Shown: positions 17,186-27,495 of the stretch, one piece after another
How positions within the stretch are numbered: position 1 is the stretch's first letter
Layout of the letters: each line of letters starts with the position of its first letter
NCBI GenBank assembly: GCA_963840745.1
Contig: CAWJAC010000005.1
Coordinates: forward strand, 17,615 to 81,614
DNA length: 64,000 nucleotides
Direction of reading: 5' to 3'
Source: Candidatus Zambryskiibacteriota bacterium
Lineage (GTDB): Bacteria; Patescibacteriota; Minisyncoccia; Phycocordibacterales; WO2-35-19
Translations under genes and position numbers: made by a program
Notes under the pieces: model-generated
Told to the model about the DNA's origin: nothing
What the model saw: only the letters and a program-made list of their open reading frames with translations
The model's database searches: none

Positions 17186-18190
17186 ATGAACAACTTAAAA
17201 AAAATAGGCGTTGCATTTCTGATTCTTGTTATCCTTGTAAGCATAGCATTTTCACTCCCCAAAATACTTATATTTACAATACAGCAGGAACAGAAGCAGA
17301 TTGTTTCCGAATCGACCCAGCAATTTCCCATCACTGTTGACCCAAAAAATAAAACTATCGTCCAAAATAAACAGGTAGATGCTTTCCTTTCAAATAATCA
17401 TTCTCTTTTTGAAGCGGCGGCGGCAAATACCGGAGACGCTTTGTGGAAGATGTTTGAACAAATCGCGATAGCTATTTCAAAAATTCCCTGGTATCAAAAT
17501 ACCGCTAGTGTTGGTGGCCAGTTCGTTGAAATCAAACCCGGCCTACGCAAAGAGCAGGTGGCAAATGTCTTCGCAGCAACACTCGGATGGAATAGCAAAC
17601 AAAAGCAGGAATTTGTTACATCTTCAAGCAATTCATTATCTCTGTTATCCGAAGGATCATTATCACCGGGTGTTTATTTCGTGCCATTAGGTATGAAGCC
17701 CAAAGAAGTGCAAGCAATGATCGGTGAACGCTTCTCCAAAGATGTCCTTTCTCATTATGGAACTTCGACTCAGGAAATATTACCGTTAAATGATGCTCTC
17801 ATTATAGCCTCACTCATTCAACGCGAAACAATAGGAACAAATGATATGCGGCTCATCTCCGGCATCATGTGGAACAGACTTTTTGCCAACATGAATCTTC
17901 AAATAGATGCGACCCTTCAATACGCGAAGGCCAATAAAACTAAAACTGGAAACTGGTGGCCAACAATCGTACCCGCGGATAAATTTATTAAATCGCCTTA
18001 CAACACTTATATGAATCCCGGTTTGCCTCCGGCTCCAATCGCAAGCCCCGGAGTGGCTGCAGTGTTAGCGGCTCTCAATCCGATAAAAACTTCTTGCTTA
18101 TTTTATTTCAGTGATAAGGCAGGAGGGCTTCATTGTAGTGCAACTTATGCCGAACATGTAAAGCTTTTGAAACAATATTACGGAAACTAA
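17186..18190 (+). CDS. MltG/YceG-like endolytic transglycosylase (divergent paralog)
   Basis: IIASLIQRE, NRL...LQIDATLQY, SPYNTY..PGLPP.PI. Confidence 0.85.
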   Translation: MNNLKKIGVAFLILVILVSIAFSLPKILIFTIQQEQKQIVSESTQQFPITVDPKNKTIVQNKQVDAFLSNNHSLFEAAAANTGDALWKMFEQIAIAISKIPWYQNTASVGGQFVEIKPGLRKEQVANVFAATLGWNSKQKQEFVTSSSNSLSLLSEGSLSPGVYFVPLGMKPKEVQAMIGERFSKDVLSHYGTSTQEILPLNDALIIASLIQRETIGTNDMRLISGIMWNRLFANMNLQIDATLQYAKANKTKTGNWWPTIVPADKFIKSPYNTYMNPGLPPAPIASPGVAAVLAALNPIKTSCLFYFSDKAGGLHCSATYAEHVKLLKQYYGN

Positions 18191-18246
18191 AATATGATAT
18201 AATGGCTGAAAGGTCAATTTACTTAATTAACTTCAATTATAAAAAT

Positions 18247-18408
18247 ATGATAAAAGGAAATTTTATTGGTGCGGCGATTGTTGCAATAATCTACACGATT
18301 TATATTTTAATGAATCCTAGCGCAATGCACTCGAAAACAGCATTTGTATTAGCGTTAGTGATTCTTAACGCTTTGACTATCGTGCTCATGTCTTTTGCGT
18401 TCAAATGA
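18247..18408 (+). CDS. small two-TM hypothetical protein
   Basis: 53-aa ORF with two hydrophobic stretches. Confidence 0.5.
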   Translation: MIKGNFIGAAIVAIIYTIYILMNPSAMHSKTAFVLALVILNALTIVLMSFAFK

Positions 18409-18426
18409 TACAAAGTTGAAAAATGT

Positions 18427-18660
18427 TTATGCGATGTTTATGTTTCGGGGGAGCCAATCCATCACTTTTTTTCTGTGCTGATCAAGCGACCATGTGCCGC
18501 TTTTTCGGAATAAAATTTCATGTTCTTTTTTGAATATTAAGAGCTCCTCTTCGGATACTTGTGGAAAATTAGCAGGCATATTCTGATTGAATGATTTCAA
18601 AAATTCAGGAAGAGAAAGTGGTATTTCATTCAGTTTGAGTTCTTTTGGGTTGTTCTTCAT
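18427..18660 (-). CDS. hypothetical protein
   Basis: 77-aa ORF preceded by TGATATTAT-N7-ATG. Confidence 0.65.
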   Translation of the reverse strand: MKNNPKELKLNEIPLSLPEFLKSFNQNMPANFPQVSEEELLIFKKEHEILFRKSGTWSLDQHRKKVMDWLPRNINIA

Positions 18661-18766
18661 AACTTACATAATATCATAATTTTATAAAAATTCAAGGTTT
18701 TGTTATTATTATTTTATAATATTGTATGATATGGAAAGTCGAAATTACAATAATACATTAAAAAAT

Positions 18767-19390
18767 ATGGAAAATAATGAAAATAAATCTTCGTCAAAAT
18801 ATTATTTATTGGGCGCCTTAGTTTTAATTGTGGTTATAGTGATAATAGTGTTATCAGTAGGGAAATCGAAACCCGCAGAACAGAATTCTCAAGCACTAAA
18901 TACCGTTAATACACCAGAAGTAAATGCCGCGGCGGCAACGGTAGCAAATCCGGCTTCAACTAATGATTTTGTAGGAACTTGGATTTCAGCTACCCAAAGC
19001 AAAGGAATGCAAGGATCCGGCAAGGTTACAACTCCTCGCACCTCGACTGAAATAACTGTGACCGGTGACGTCAAACTTGTCATCCAAAAAATAGAAAACA
19101 ATACGGCTATTGGCACATTATCTTATAGCAATCTTTGTTATGTGATAGCTACTTCGATTTCCGGAAAGGCTGCCGTAGCAAAACCGGCACAATGTACAAA
19201 TACTGGAGAAGTGGCTGCCCGCTTAAAAGTAGATGGCAATAAGATAAGCTACGATGGGCAGACTGCGCTCAGTTCTGATGTTTCTTTTGAAGGAACTCTG
19301 AATGGCGACAGTTTAACAGGAACATTCACAAGAACGGGAACTTACGGAAAAATTAATGGGACACTCAATCTCGTGCGCGCAAAAAACTAA
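18767..19390 (+). CDS. membrane-anchored beta-rich hypothetical protein
   Basis: Single TM helix followed by a FVGTW-initiated beta domain. Confidence 0.7.
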   Translation: MENNENKSSSKYYLLGALVLIVVIVIIVLSVGKSKPAEQNSQALNTVNTPEVNAAAATVANPASTNDFVGTWISATQSKGMQGSGKVTTPRTSTEITVTGDVKLVIQKIENNTAIGTLSYSNLCYVIATSISGKAAVAKPAQCTNTGEVAARLKVDGNKISYDGQTALSSDVSFEGTLNGDSLTGTFTRTGTYGKINGTLNLVRAKN

Positions 19391-19398
19391 GTGCGTTA

Positions 19399-20001
19399 CT
19401 ACTTAAATATTTTTTTTGTTATCCTATTTGCAATTAAAATTGCTACTATTACAGTACCCAAAACAATCAGCCAACTGAATATACCAATAGTGTTATAAAG
19501 CGACTGCCAACTTGCAGCAAAAAAATAACCTATGCTTGAATAAAAAACAATTTGCAGTATATCTCCGATAATCGCGTATAATACAAAACGTTTAAATTTA
19601 ATGTTTCCCAATCCGGCAATAGCATTTATTACAGCGGTAGCCTGGTCTTGAAAGCGGCTGGCAATAATAGCTGCGGCTGAATAACTATTTTCAGCCTTTT
19701 CTACATATTTTAGCGGTTTTGATTCAACTAATTTTCCTAAACGAAACCAGTACAATATTTTTTTGCCATATTTTTTAGAAAGAATATACATAGAGATATC
19801 TCCTAAAATATTACCGGAAGTGCCCGTAATAAGTACGGCGAATATATTAAGGTATCCTTGGCTCGCAAAAGCTGCTGATGCTACGGTGCTTGATCCGGCC
19901 GGCAGTGGAACACCAAGAGAAGAAAGAAAAGCGACTAAAAATAATGTTATGTATTTGTAAACAAGCAGTAATCCAAGGATATTTTGAAATAATAAACTCA
20001 T
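19399..20001 (-). CDS. DedA/VTT family membrane protein
   Basis: LGVPLP, GNILGD..Y, ASRF, AG...KFKRF. Confidence 0.85.
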   Translation of the reverse strand: MSLLFQNILGLLLVYKYITLFLVAFLSSLGVPLPAGSSTVASAAFASQGYLNIFAVLITGTSGNILGDISMYILSKKYGKKILYWFRLGKLVESKPLKYVEKAENSYSAAAIIASRFQDQATAVINAIAGLGNIKFKRFVLYAIIGDILQIVFYSSIGYFFAASWQSLYNTIGIFSWLIVLGTVIVAILIANRITKKIFK

Positions 20002-20382
20002 TTATTGATTGCTCTTTGTATACTGAGCAACGGAGTCCTGAACTGTTTTTAAGAAATTAGCAGTATTGAAACCTTTTGTTTTTGCATATTGATCAATATT
20101 TAAATTAGGATAACGACTATCTTGAACAGCCAAAGATTCTGACAGATAATTTAGAGGCAAACTAAAAATATAATTTATGTAAGAAAAAGTCATCCACCCC
20201 TGAATTTGATCAGGAGTCAATGTTTGCCTGTATATATGACTTCTGTTAAATCCTCTCGTGGGTCTCAATCTGCCTGTCTGATATAAGTCTCTCAAATCAA
20301 CAATAAACCAAATCATCAAACCTATTACAATGAGCAATAAGATTGTAAAAATAATACGCCAAAAATTTTTATGTAATTTCAT
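20002..20382 (-). CDS. membrane-anchored hypothetical protein coupled to DedA
   Basis: TM helix, IQGWMTFSYINYIF motif; TAA-ATG junction with the DedA gene. Confidence 0.7.
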   Translation of the reverse strand: MKLHKNFWRIIFTILLLIVIGLMIWFIVDLRDLYQTGRLRPTRGFNRSHIYRQTLTPDQIQGWMTFSYINYIFSLPLNYLSESLAVQDSRYPNLNIDQYAKTKGFNTANFLKTVQDSVAQYTKSNQ

Positions 20383-20482
20383 ACTAATCAGTTCATTATA
20401 AAATAAATAGCTCATTAATACAATGGTTTCTGTAAATCTAACAGTTCGTAAATTTGCTATATTTGTGCTAAGATAGAATTAT

Positions 20483-21385
20483 ATGAAAAAACTCATTGTC
20501 GGTATTGTGGTTGTTTTAGTAATTATTAGCGCCTATTTTATAACTAAGAGTTTGTCGAATAATGCTAGCGTAACAAATAATCAAACGAACAATATAACCC
20601 CGCGGGCAAACGCAACAAGTACTACAGACCAAAAGAATGCGGCTGAAACTGTTATTGGTAAATCTGTCCAGGGCCGCGATATCACAGCATATCACTATGG
20701 CACCGGGAGCACAGAACTTATGTTTGTTGGCGGTATTCATGGCGGATATGAATGGAATACAGTGCTTGTTGCTTATCAATTGATGGATTATTTAAAGCAA
20801 AATCCCAGTATTATTCCCAATAATATAAAAGTAACGGTCATTCCTGTATTAAATCCTGACGGCCTTTATAAAATTGTCGGCACTACTACAGAAAATTTCA
20901 CGCAAGCAAATGTGCCGGCGCAATTAAGCGATACGGTACCCGGACGCTTCAACGCAAATAACGTTGACCTTAATCGTAACTTTGACTGTGATTGGCAAAC
21001 TAACGGCACATGGCAAAATAAAACCGTGAGCGGCGGCAGTAGTGTATTTTCCGAACCGGAAAGTCAGGGCCTAAAAAATTATGTAGAAACAAACAAGCCA
21101 AGTGCGGTCGTGGTTTGGTATAGTTCCGCCGGCGGTGTTTACGCCTCAAGTTGCCACAATGGCGTCTCTGCAGAAACCAATACAATCACCAAAACTTACG
21201 CTGACGCTTCAGGATATCCTGCCTACGCAAGTTTCGATTTCTATGCAACAACAGGTGATATGGTAAATTGGCTGGCCAAAAGCAATATACCGGCAATTAG
21301 TGTACTTCTTACCAATCACACCGATACTGAATGGACTAAAAATCAGAAAGGTGTCGAGGCGCTGCTTAAATATTATTCTAAATAA
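20483..21385 (+). CDS. M14 zinc carboxypeptidase-like protein, probably catalytically degenerate
   Basis: GGIHGGYE, NPDG and DLNRNF present; third Zn His reads Y (WYSS) and catalytic Glu reads L (ISVLL). Confidence 0.8.
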   Translation: MKKLIVGIVVVLVIISAYFITKSLSNNASVTNNQTNNITPRANATSTTDQKNAAETVIGKSVQGRDITAYHYGTGSTELMFVGGIHGGYEWNTVLVAYQLMDYLKQNPSIIPNNIKVTVIPVLNPDGLYKIVGTTTENFTQANVPAQLSDTVPGRFNANNVDLNRNFDCDWQTNGTWQNKTVSGGSSVFSEPESQGLKNYVETNKPSAVVVWYSSAGGVYASSCHNGVSAETNTITKTYADASGYPAYASFDFYATTGDMVNWLAKSNIPAISVLLTNHTDTEWTKNQKGVEALLKYYSK

Positions 21386-22296
21386 TGCGGTTTATATTTA
21401 AGAGACCGGTTGTTATAACTGTTATTATTCTTGCAGTACTTAGCGTTGGCGTCTTTGTATTTTTTAGTTCGCAAAAACCGCCGGAAGTAAAACCAACTCC
21501 TAATTCCAATAATATTGGCCCGGTATATAAGGTAATAGGCGCATCTGTGCAAGGGCGCAAGATTGAAAGCTATACTTATGGAAATGGGATAAAACATCTT
21601 GTATTTGTCGGTGGCATACATGGCGGATATGAATGGAATAGTGTGCTCTTGGCGTATCAATTTATAGATTATTTAGATAAAAATCCTGGATTCATTCCGG
21701 GCGGCTTGACTGTTACCGTAATTCCAGATGTTAATCCTGATGGAGTATTTGAGGTAACTCACAAAGTTGGCCGTTTTAATGACACGGATGTATCAACCAG
21801 CACTAAAATACTTGCGGCTGGGCGTTTCAACGCAGATGGAGTTGATCTTAATCGCAACTTTGACTGCAAATGGCAAGCGACAAGTACCTGGCAATCAAAA
21901 ATAGTCAGCGCCGGTTCAAAACCCTTCTCTGAGCCGGAAGATTTGGCTATTAAAAATTTTATTTTAGAAAATAATACTAATAATAATATTAAGGCAGTTA
22001 TATTTTGGCATAGTCAGTCAGGCAGCGTATATGCGTCACAGTGCCATGCCGGCATTCTTCCCGAGACTTTGGATATCATGAACACTTATGCTAAGGCTGC
22101 GAATTATACGCCGGTCAAAGTATTTAATGCTTATGCCACCTCCGGTGCTGCCGATGACTGGCTGGCTTCCATAAATATTCCGGCAATTACAGTAGAACTT
22201 AAAACCCATAATGCGACGGAATGGCAACAAAACCTCGCTGGTATCAAAGCCCTTTTTGAATACTACGGTCAGAAAAAATATTATGAGCCGCGTTAA
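21385..22296 (+). CDS. M14 zinc carboxypeptidase (MpaA-like)
   Basis: GGIHGGYE, NPDG, DLNRNF, WHSQ, ITVEL. Confidence 0.85.
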   Translation: MRFIFKRPVVITVIILAVLSVGVFVFFSSQKPPEVKPTPNSNNIGPVYKVIGASVQGRKIESYTYGNGIKHLVFVGGIHGGYEWNSVLLAYQFIDYLDKNPGFIPGGLTVTVIPDVNPDGVFEVTHKVGRFNDTDVSTSTKILAAGRFNADGVDLNRNFDCKWQATSTWQSKIVSAGSKPFSEPEDLAIKNFILENNTNNNIKAVIFWHSQSGSVYASQCHAGILPETLDIMNTYAKAANYTPVKVFNAYATSGAADDWLASINIPAITVELKTHNATEWQQNLAGIKALFEYYGQKKYYEPR

Positions 22297-23379
22297 AATT
22301 ATTATTTTTATATTTGCAGTACTGGTGATCCTTTTTCTTATAAATTTCACGGTATATAAAGCAGTGCTTTTGGTTTTAGGAATTTCCGAACATTCGTTTT
22401 TGGTAATTGTCATCTTAGGCGCTCTGACAGCAAGCATAATAGCGTCACTTATTTTAGGTATGCGCTCATTATAATTTATTTACCAGAATTTATTATCTTC
22501 TATCCATGGTCTGGATGGGATTTCTGGGATACTTTTTTATTGCTTCTGTTTTATTCTTAATATTTCAAAAATTTACTGACGGCTTCTCCAAAGTTTTTGG
22601 TCTAGCGCTTTTTGGAGTCGCAATTGTATTAGGAATTTACGGTCTAATTCATGCAAACAGAATTATTGTCAAAAAAGTCAATATAAAATTGGAGAGACTT
22701 CCGGAAATATGGCGAGGTAAAAAAGCTGTATGGATAAGTGATCTGCACTTGGGTCAGATATACGGCATAAAGATATATAGACAGGGTGGTCAGAAAAATA
22801 CAAAATATTTCGCCAGATATAGTTTTTATAGGCGGGGATATATTTGACGGCTCAAAATCACCCGAAATTTTAAAATTTACATCTCCACTTCGAGAGCTAT
22901 CAGCCCCTTTGGGAATTTATTCTATAACCGGAAATCACGAAGAATTTGGAGATAGCAGTGACTTTGTCGCGGCTGTAAAAATGGCAAACATACACATACT
23001 GCGGAATGAAATGATCAATATAGGCGAGCTGCAAATTATAGGGGTTGATTATAGAAATGCCTCTAATAAAGAACGCTTTCAAAAAATTCTTTCTGATTTA
23101 CAAATAGATAAAAATAAAGCGTCTATTTTACTAAAACACGAGCCAAAAGATATAGATGTGGCACAAAAAGAGGGCGTCTCGCTTCAAATTTCTGGACACA
23201 CCCACGGCGCCCAACAGTGGCCATTTGGATATTTGGCAAAACTTATTTACGGGCAATTCGCTTACGGACTAAATAGAATAGGGGACACGCAAGTTTATAC
23301 TTCAAGCGGAATGGGCACATGGGGACCGCCGATACGAGTGGGAACAGATAGTGAGATAGTAGTTTTCACTTTCTTGTAA
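22283..23379 (+). pseudogene. membrane metallophosphoesterase (YkuE-like) with two extra-base frameshifts (~22466, ~22770)
   Basis: Three fragments: TM part, SDLHLG, then GGDIFD, GNHE, HEP, SGHTHG. Confidence 0.85.
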
Positions 23380-23402
23380 GATTTTGTGCTATACTTTTAT
23401 AT

Positions 23403-23516
23403 ATGGCAAAAAGAGAAGCAACAAATACCAAGAGGAAAACGTCGCGTTCGAGAAAAACTAAAAAAAGACTCGAGACTAAGCGCTTGAGGAATCTTGCACA
23501 TCCAAGACGCAAATAA
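23403..23516 (+). CDS. 37-aa Lys/Arg-rich peptide
   Basis: MAKREATNTKRKTSRSRKTKKRLETKRLRNLAHPRRK; TGCTATACT-N7-ATG upstream. Confidence 0.55.
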   Translation: MAKREATNTKRKTSRSRKTKKRLETKRLRNLAHPRRK

Positions 23517-23551
23517 ATAATAAAATTTTTAATAGAAGCTAATAAATTTTT

Positions 23552-23614
23552 ATGGCAAAAGGAGACGGACATAAAAAAGAAAAAAAGAAACCTAAGAAAA
23601 TAAAAACCCAGTAG
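23552..23614 (+). CDS. 20-aa Lys-rich peptide
   Basis: MAKGDGHKKEKKKPKKIKTQ; stop 4 nt before the next ATG. Confidence 0.4.
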   Translation: MAKGDGHKKEKKKPKKIKTQ

Positions 23615-23618
23615 CCCG

Positions 23619-23996
23619 ATGAAAATCGAATGGAACAAGGTGACCAGATTATCTCAGATTGTTGCAATCGTACTTTTTGTTGTGGTGTTTATCGTCGCTT
23701 TTCAGATTGGCAGAACTTTTGAAAAGCAATTTATTTTAGGCAAACCAATAACCGGCTTTATAAAATTCGTCTGTGCCGACAACAAAACCATAGATGCGGA
23801 ATTTTACAAGAATTTCGTGCATATCGAATTTGGCTGGCAAAAAACTTTATACTTGCCGCAGACTATCTCGGCTTCGGGAGCCCGCTATGCAAATTCTGAC
23901 GAGTCTGTGGTCTTTTGGAACAAAGGTAATACAGCTTTCATCACCGAAGGCAATCCGAACAATGTAACCTACAAAGATTGTGTGATCACTCCATAA
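23619..23996 (+). CDS. MliC/PliC-family lysozyme inhibitor, membrane anchored
   Basis: LPQTISASGARY and FWNKG with flanking Cys pair. Confidence 0.88.
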   Translation: MKIEWNKVTRLSQIVAIVLFVVVFIVAFQIGRTFEKQFILGKPITGFIKFVCADNKTIDAEFYKNFVHIEFGWQKTLYLPQTISASGARYANSDESVVFWNKGNTAFITEGNPNNVTYKDCVITP

Positions 23997-24006
23997 TATT
24001 ACAGCT

Positions 24007-24582
24007 GTGACTCTTCACCAAATAATACAATTTTTTGCAAAATACAAATATGAAGCAATTTTTCCGGTCGCAGTCGCCGAGGGTCCCATAATAACAGTTA
24101 TTTGCGGTTTTTTGACATCACGCGGAAGTTTAGATATTTTACCGGCTCTTATGGTTGTGTTCTCGGGAGATGCTATTTCAGACTTTCTATTTTATATAAT
24201 GGGCAGAGGTGGGAGACATGTGATTCAATATCTGAAATTCATACACATTTCCGATGAAAAAATACAAGAGCTGGAAAATCGGTTTAAATTATCACCATGG
24301 AGGACAATGATAATAGCTAAAATATCTTACGGATTGGGCAGTGTTTTTATGGTTGCAAGCGGCGCTTCGAAGATGTCATGGAAACGTTTTCTCGAATATA
24401 CATTGAGTCTGGATTTTATCAGATCATACATATTATTTTCAATCGGTTTTTATTTTGGCAGAATTGCCCTGCGGGTAGGACCAACATATTTAAAATATTA
24501 TGCAACGGCTGTGATCATATTAGTCCCTATAGGATACTTCTTATACCGCAAAAGACTCAAAAATCCCAGTGAAAGGAACTGA
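24007..24582 (+). CDS. DedA/VTT family membrane protein
   Basis: AEGP, GDAISD..FY.MGR, ASGASKMSWKRF. Confidence 0.8.
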   Translation: MTLHQIIQFFAKYKYEAIFPVAVAEGPIITVICGFLTSRGSLDILPALMVVFSGDAISDFLFYIMGRGGRHVIQYLKFIHISDEKIQELENRFKLSPWRTMIIAKISYGLGSVFMVASGASKMSWKRFLEYTLSLDFIRSYILFSIGFYFGRIALRVGPTYLKYYATAVIILVPIGYFLYRKRLKNPSERN

Positions 24583-24628
24583 TCATTTTGACGTAATAAT
24601 ATGACACAGAAGCTTAATTTATTAAAAA

Positions 24629-25234
24629 ATGAAAAAAACCATCGTATCATTTTCTTTCATATTTGCATTTGTTGTATATAGTTTATATCAGTATTTTGGG
24701 ATGTCACAGACATTAACATTTGTAGCGGCCAATAATACACCGGGCACAAAAGTCACATTGGAGACATCGCAGCCGATTATTACTACAAAAAATACCGTCT
24801 CCAAAGCGTCTCCAAATAAAGCTGTGACCCAAACCCAGTCAGGCCAGCCGGTTCCAATTCCGACCCCAACTCCGATCCCAGTGCCAACACCAACGCCAAT
24901 TCCAGCACCAGTAGCAGTATCGGCACCGGCGCCAGTGGTCAAAAATATGTACAACGACGGCAATTACACCGGAAGCATTGCTGATGCTTATTATGGTAAT
25001 ATTCAAGTGCAAGCAACCATTCAAAACGGTAAAATTGTCGATGTTCAATTCTTACAATATCCAAGTGATAGAAGCAGATCTGTCAGTATAAACACCAGAG
25101 CTATGCCTATTTTGAAAAGCGAGGCTATCTCTAGCCAAAGCGCCAATGTTGATATTGTCTCCGGCGCCACTGATTCAAGCCAGGCTTTTGTGCAGTCGCT
25201 TAGTTCGGCTCTTGCTCAGGCTTTAAATTCCTAA
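24629..25234 (+). CDS. extracytoplasmic FMN-binding (flavinylated) protein
   Basis: TM anchor, Pro/Thr linker, YNDGNYTG..., DIVSGAT flavinylation motif. Confidence 0.88.
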   Translation: MKKTIVSFSFIFAFVVYSLYQYFGMSQTLTFVAANNTPGTKVTLETSQPIITTKNTVSKASPNKAVTQTQSGQPVPIPTPTPIPVPTPTPIPAPVAVSAPAPVVKNMYNDGNYTGSIADAYYGNIQVQATIQNGKIVDVQFLQYPSDRSRSVSINTRAMPILKSEAISSQSANVDIVSGATDSSQAFVQSLSSALAQALNS

Positions 25235-25238
25235 ACCT

Positions 25239-26000
25239 ATGAAAAAAACTGAGTGGATCATGGGCATGCCAATAACGGTCTGCATTGCGGACCAATTTGA
25301 AACAGAAAAAGTCAAAGAAGCGGCAACCAAAAAAGTGTTCGAATATTTTCATTATGTGGATGAAAAATTCAGCACTTACAAAGAGGGAAGTGAGATAAGT
25401 AAAATAAACAGGAAAGAAATAAAAGAAAGCGATTGGAGTGGAGATATGAAAACAGTCTTTGCACTTTCTGAAAAAACAAAAATGGAAACGAACGGCTATT
25501 TCAATATACTGACACCCGAAGGTTTGTTTGATCCGTCCGGATTGGTTAAAGGCTGGTCAATCTATAATGCGGCAAACATTCTTGCTGAATTAGGGTTTAA
25601 AAATTTCTACGTGGATGCCGGTGGTGATATTGAAACGAAGGGGAAAAACGAAAATGGGGAAGTTTGGAGTGTCGGTATCCGCGATCCATTTGTCAATGAT
25701 AAAAGCCACATTATAAAAACAGTTTTTATAAGTAATTGTGGCATGGCCACTTCCGGCACCTATGAACGAGGCCAGCATATCTACAATCCGCATGTTGGCC
25801 GCGTCCCTCTCAATGATATCGTGAGCATCACGGTCATTGGTCCAAACGTTTATGAAGCCGATCGATTCGCCACCGCCGCCTTTGCCATGGGAAATGAAGG
25901 AATAAATTTTATTGAACGATTAGATGGTTTTGAAGGTTATTCTGTAGATAAAAACGGCATCGCCACCGAAACTTCCGAATTTAATAAATTTACAAAATAA
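25239..26000 (+). CDS. apbE: FAD:protein FMN transferase
   Basis: MG, FSTY...SEIS, DPSGLVKGW, GGD, ATSG.YERG.HI, AD..ATA. Confidence 0.92.
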   Translation: MKKTEWIMGMPITVCIADQFETEKVKEAATKKVFEYFHYVDEKFSTYKEGSEISKINRKEIKESDWSGDMKTVFALSEKTKMETNGYFNILTPEGLFDPSGLVKGWSIYNAANILAELGFKNFYVDAGGDIETKGKNENGEVWSVGIRDPFVNDKSHIIKTVFISNCGMATSGTYERGQHIYNPHVGRVPLNDIVSITVIGPNVYEADRFATAAFAMGNEGINFIERLDGFEGYSVDKNGIATETSEFNKFTK

Positions 26001-26003
26001 AGG

Positions 26004-27488
26004 ATGAAAACAATAGACAACATTTTAAATAGAATAACCATGTACCGAATCGTCTTATATGAACTTATAGGCCTTTTGGTGGCAGCTGGTATTTTGGGAT
26101 TTTTTGGCATATTGCCATACACGCCAATCAGCATATTTTTTTCGTCTGTTTATATATTAGCCATCTGCTTAGTAGTCAACAAAATATTTGCCTGGGCCTA
26201 TAATGCGCCAACCAATCCTGAATCAACATATATCACAGCTTTGATTTTGGCTTTGATTATTTCTCCGGCGCTTTCCTTGGATGATTCAAATTTTCTTGCA
26301 CTTGCTTTTTGGGCCTCCAGTTTGGCGATAGCTTCAAAATATATTTTAGCCATCGGCAAAAAACACATTTTCAATCCGGCGGCCATCGCGGTAGTAATTA
26401 CTGCTTTTGTTTTGAATCAATCGGCAAGCTGGTGGGTTGGCACTTCCTCTATGTTGCCAGTTGTTTTAATTGGCGGATTTTTGGTGGCCCGCAAAATCCA
26501 ACGCCTTGATTTGGTTTGGTCAGCAATAATTGCTAGCCTTGTCGCTATATTAGGATTTTCTTTTATAAAAGGCGGCAGTATTTTTGCACTCGGATGGAGT
26601 GTGCTTGTTTCTACTCCTCTCATATTTTTCGCTACGATAATGCTTACAGAACCATTGACTACACCAGGAACTAAACCGATGCGTATTACTTATGGACTAC
26701 TCACTGGAATTTTGTTTGCGCCATTTATTCATATTGGTTCTATTTATTCAACACCGGAGCTGGCTTTGGTTGTTGGAAACATTTTTTCATACTTAGTAAG
26801 TTCTAAGAAAAAATTAACTCTGGTTTTGGACAATATAGAAAAAATTTCAGTTGATTCGTATGATTTTATTTTTACTCCAGAAGAGCGGCTATCTTATCAC
26901 CCCGGACAATATATGGAGTGGACACTGGCGCATAATGGATCAGACGACCGCGGCATACGAAGATATTTTACTTTGGCATCGTCTCCAACCGAAGAAGAAT
27001 TGCGGCTCGGAGTTAAATTTCACGACAAAGGAAGCAGCTTCAAGAAAAAACTATTATCTATGAAAAGGGGAGACAGTATTGTTGCCTCTGGACTTGCTGG
27101 GGATTTCGTTTTGCCAAAAAATAAAAATGAGAAATTGGTTTTTTTGGCGGGCGGCATAGGCATTACACCATTCCGAAGCATGATTCAATATTTAATTGAT
27201 ACAAAAGACAAAAGGTCAGTTACTCTTTTGTATAGTAATAAAACCGCAAACGATGTAGTGTACAGAGAAGTCTTCGAAGAGGCACGGCGCTTGCTCGGTA
27301 TTAAAACTTTTTATGCTTTAGCCAGAATAGATGCAAAAACCATAACAGAACAAGTGCCTGATTATAAAGACAGAATTTTTTATCTCTCGGGTCCGCGCAG
27401 CATGGTAGTCGGTTTTGAAAAACTACTGGAGTCTATGGGGGTTAAAGAAAGTAATATCAAGACAGACTTTTTCCCGGGATTTGCTTAA
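26004..27488 (+). CDS. NqrB/RnfD-like membrane domain fused to an FNR-type NAD(P)H oxidoreductase
   Basis: KHIFNPAA, MLTEPLTTP; RYFTLASSP, AGGIGITPF, YLSGP. Confidence 0.85.
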   Translation: MKTIDNILNRITMYRIVLYELIGLLVAAGILGFFGILPYTPISIFFSSVYILAICLVVNKIFAWAYNAPTNPESTYITALILALIISPALSLDDSNFLALAFWASSLAIASKYILAIGKKHIFNPAAIAVVITAFVLNQSASWWVGTSSMLPVVLIGGFLVARKIQRLDLVWSAIIASLVAILGFSFIKGGSIFALGWSVLVSTPLIFFATIMLTEPLTTPGTKPMRITYGLLTGILFAPFIHIGSIYSTPELALVVGNIFSYLVSSKKKLTLVLDNIEKISVDSYDFIFTPEERLSYHPGQYMEWTLAHNGSDDRGIRRYFTLASSPTEEELRLGVKFHDKGSSFKKKLLSMKRGDSIVASGLAGDFVLPKNKNEKLVFLAGGIGITPFRSMIQYLIDTKDKRSVTLLYSNKTANDVVYREVFEEARRLLGIKTFYALARIDAKTITEQVPDYKDRIFYLSGPRSMVVGFEKLLESMGVKESNIKTDFFPGFA

Positions 27489-27495
27489 AGATTAT

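Noticed and set aside
24850-24935. Repetitive CCx-ACx/ATx tract
   Set aside because: Encodes the Pro/Thr linker of the FMN-binding protein; not an independent repeat.
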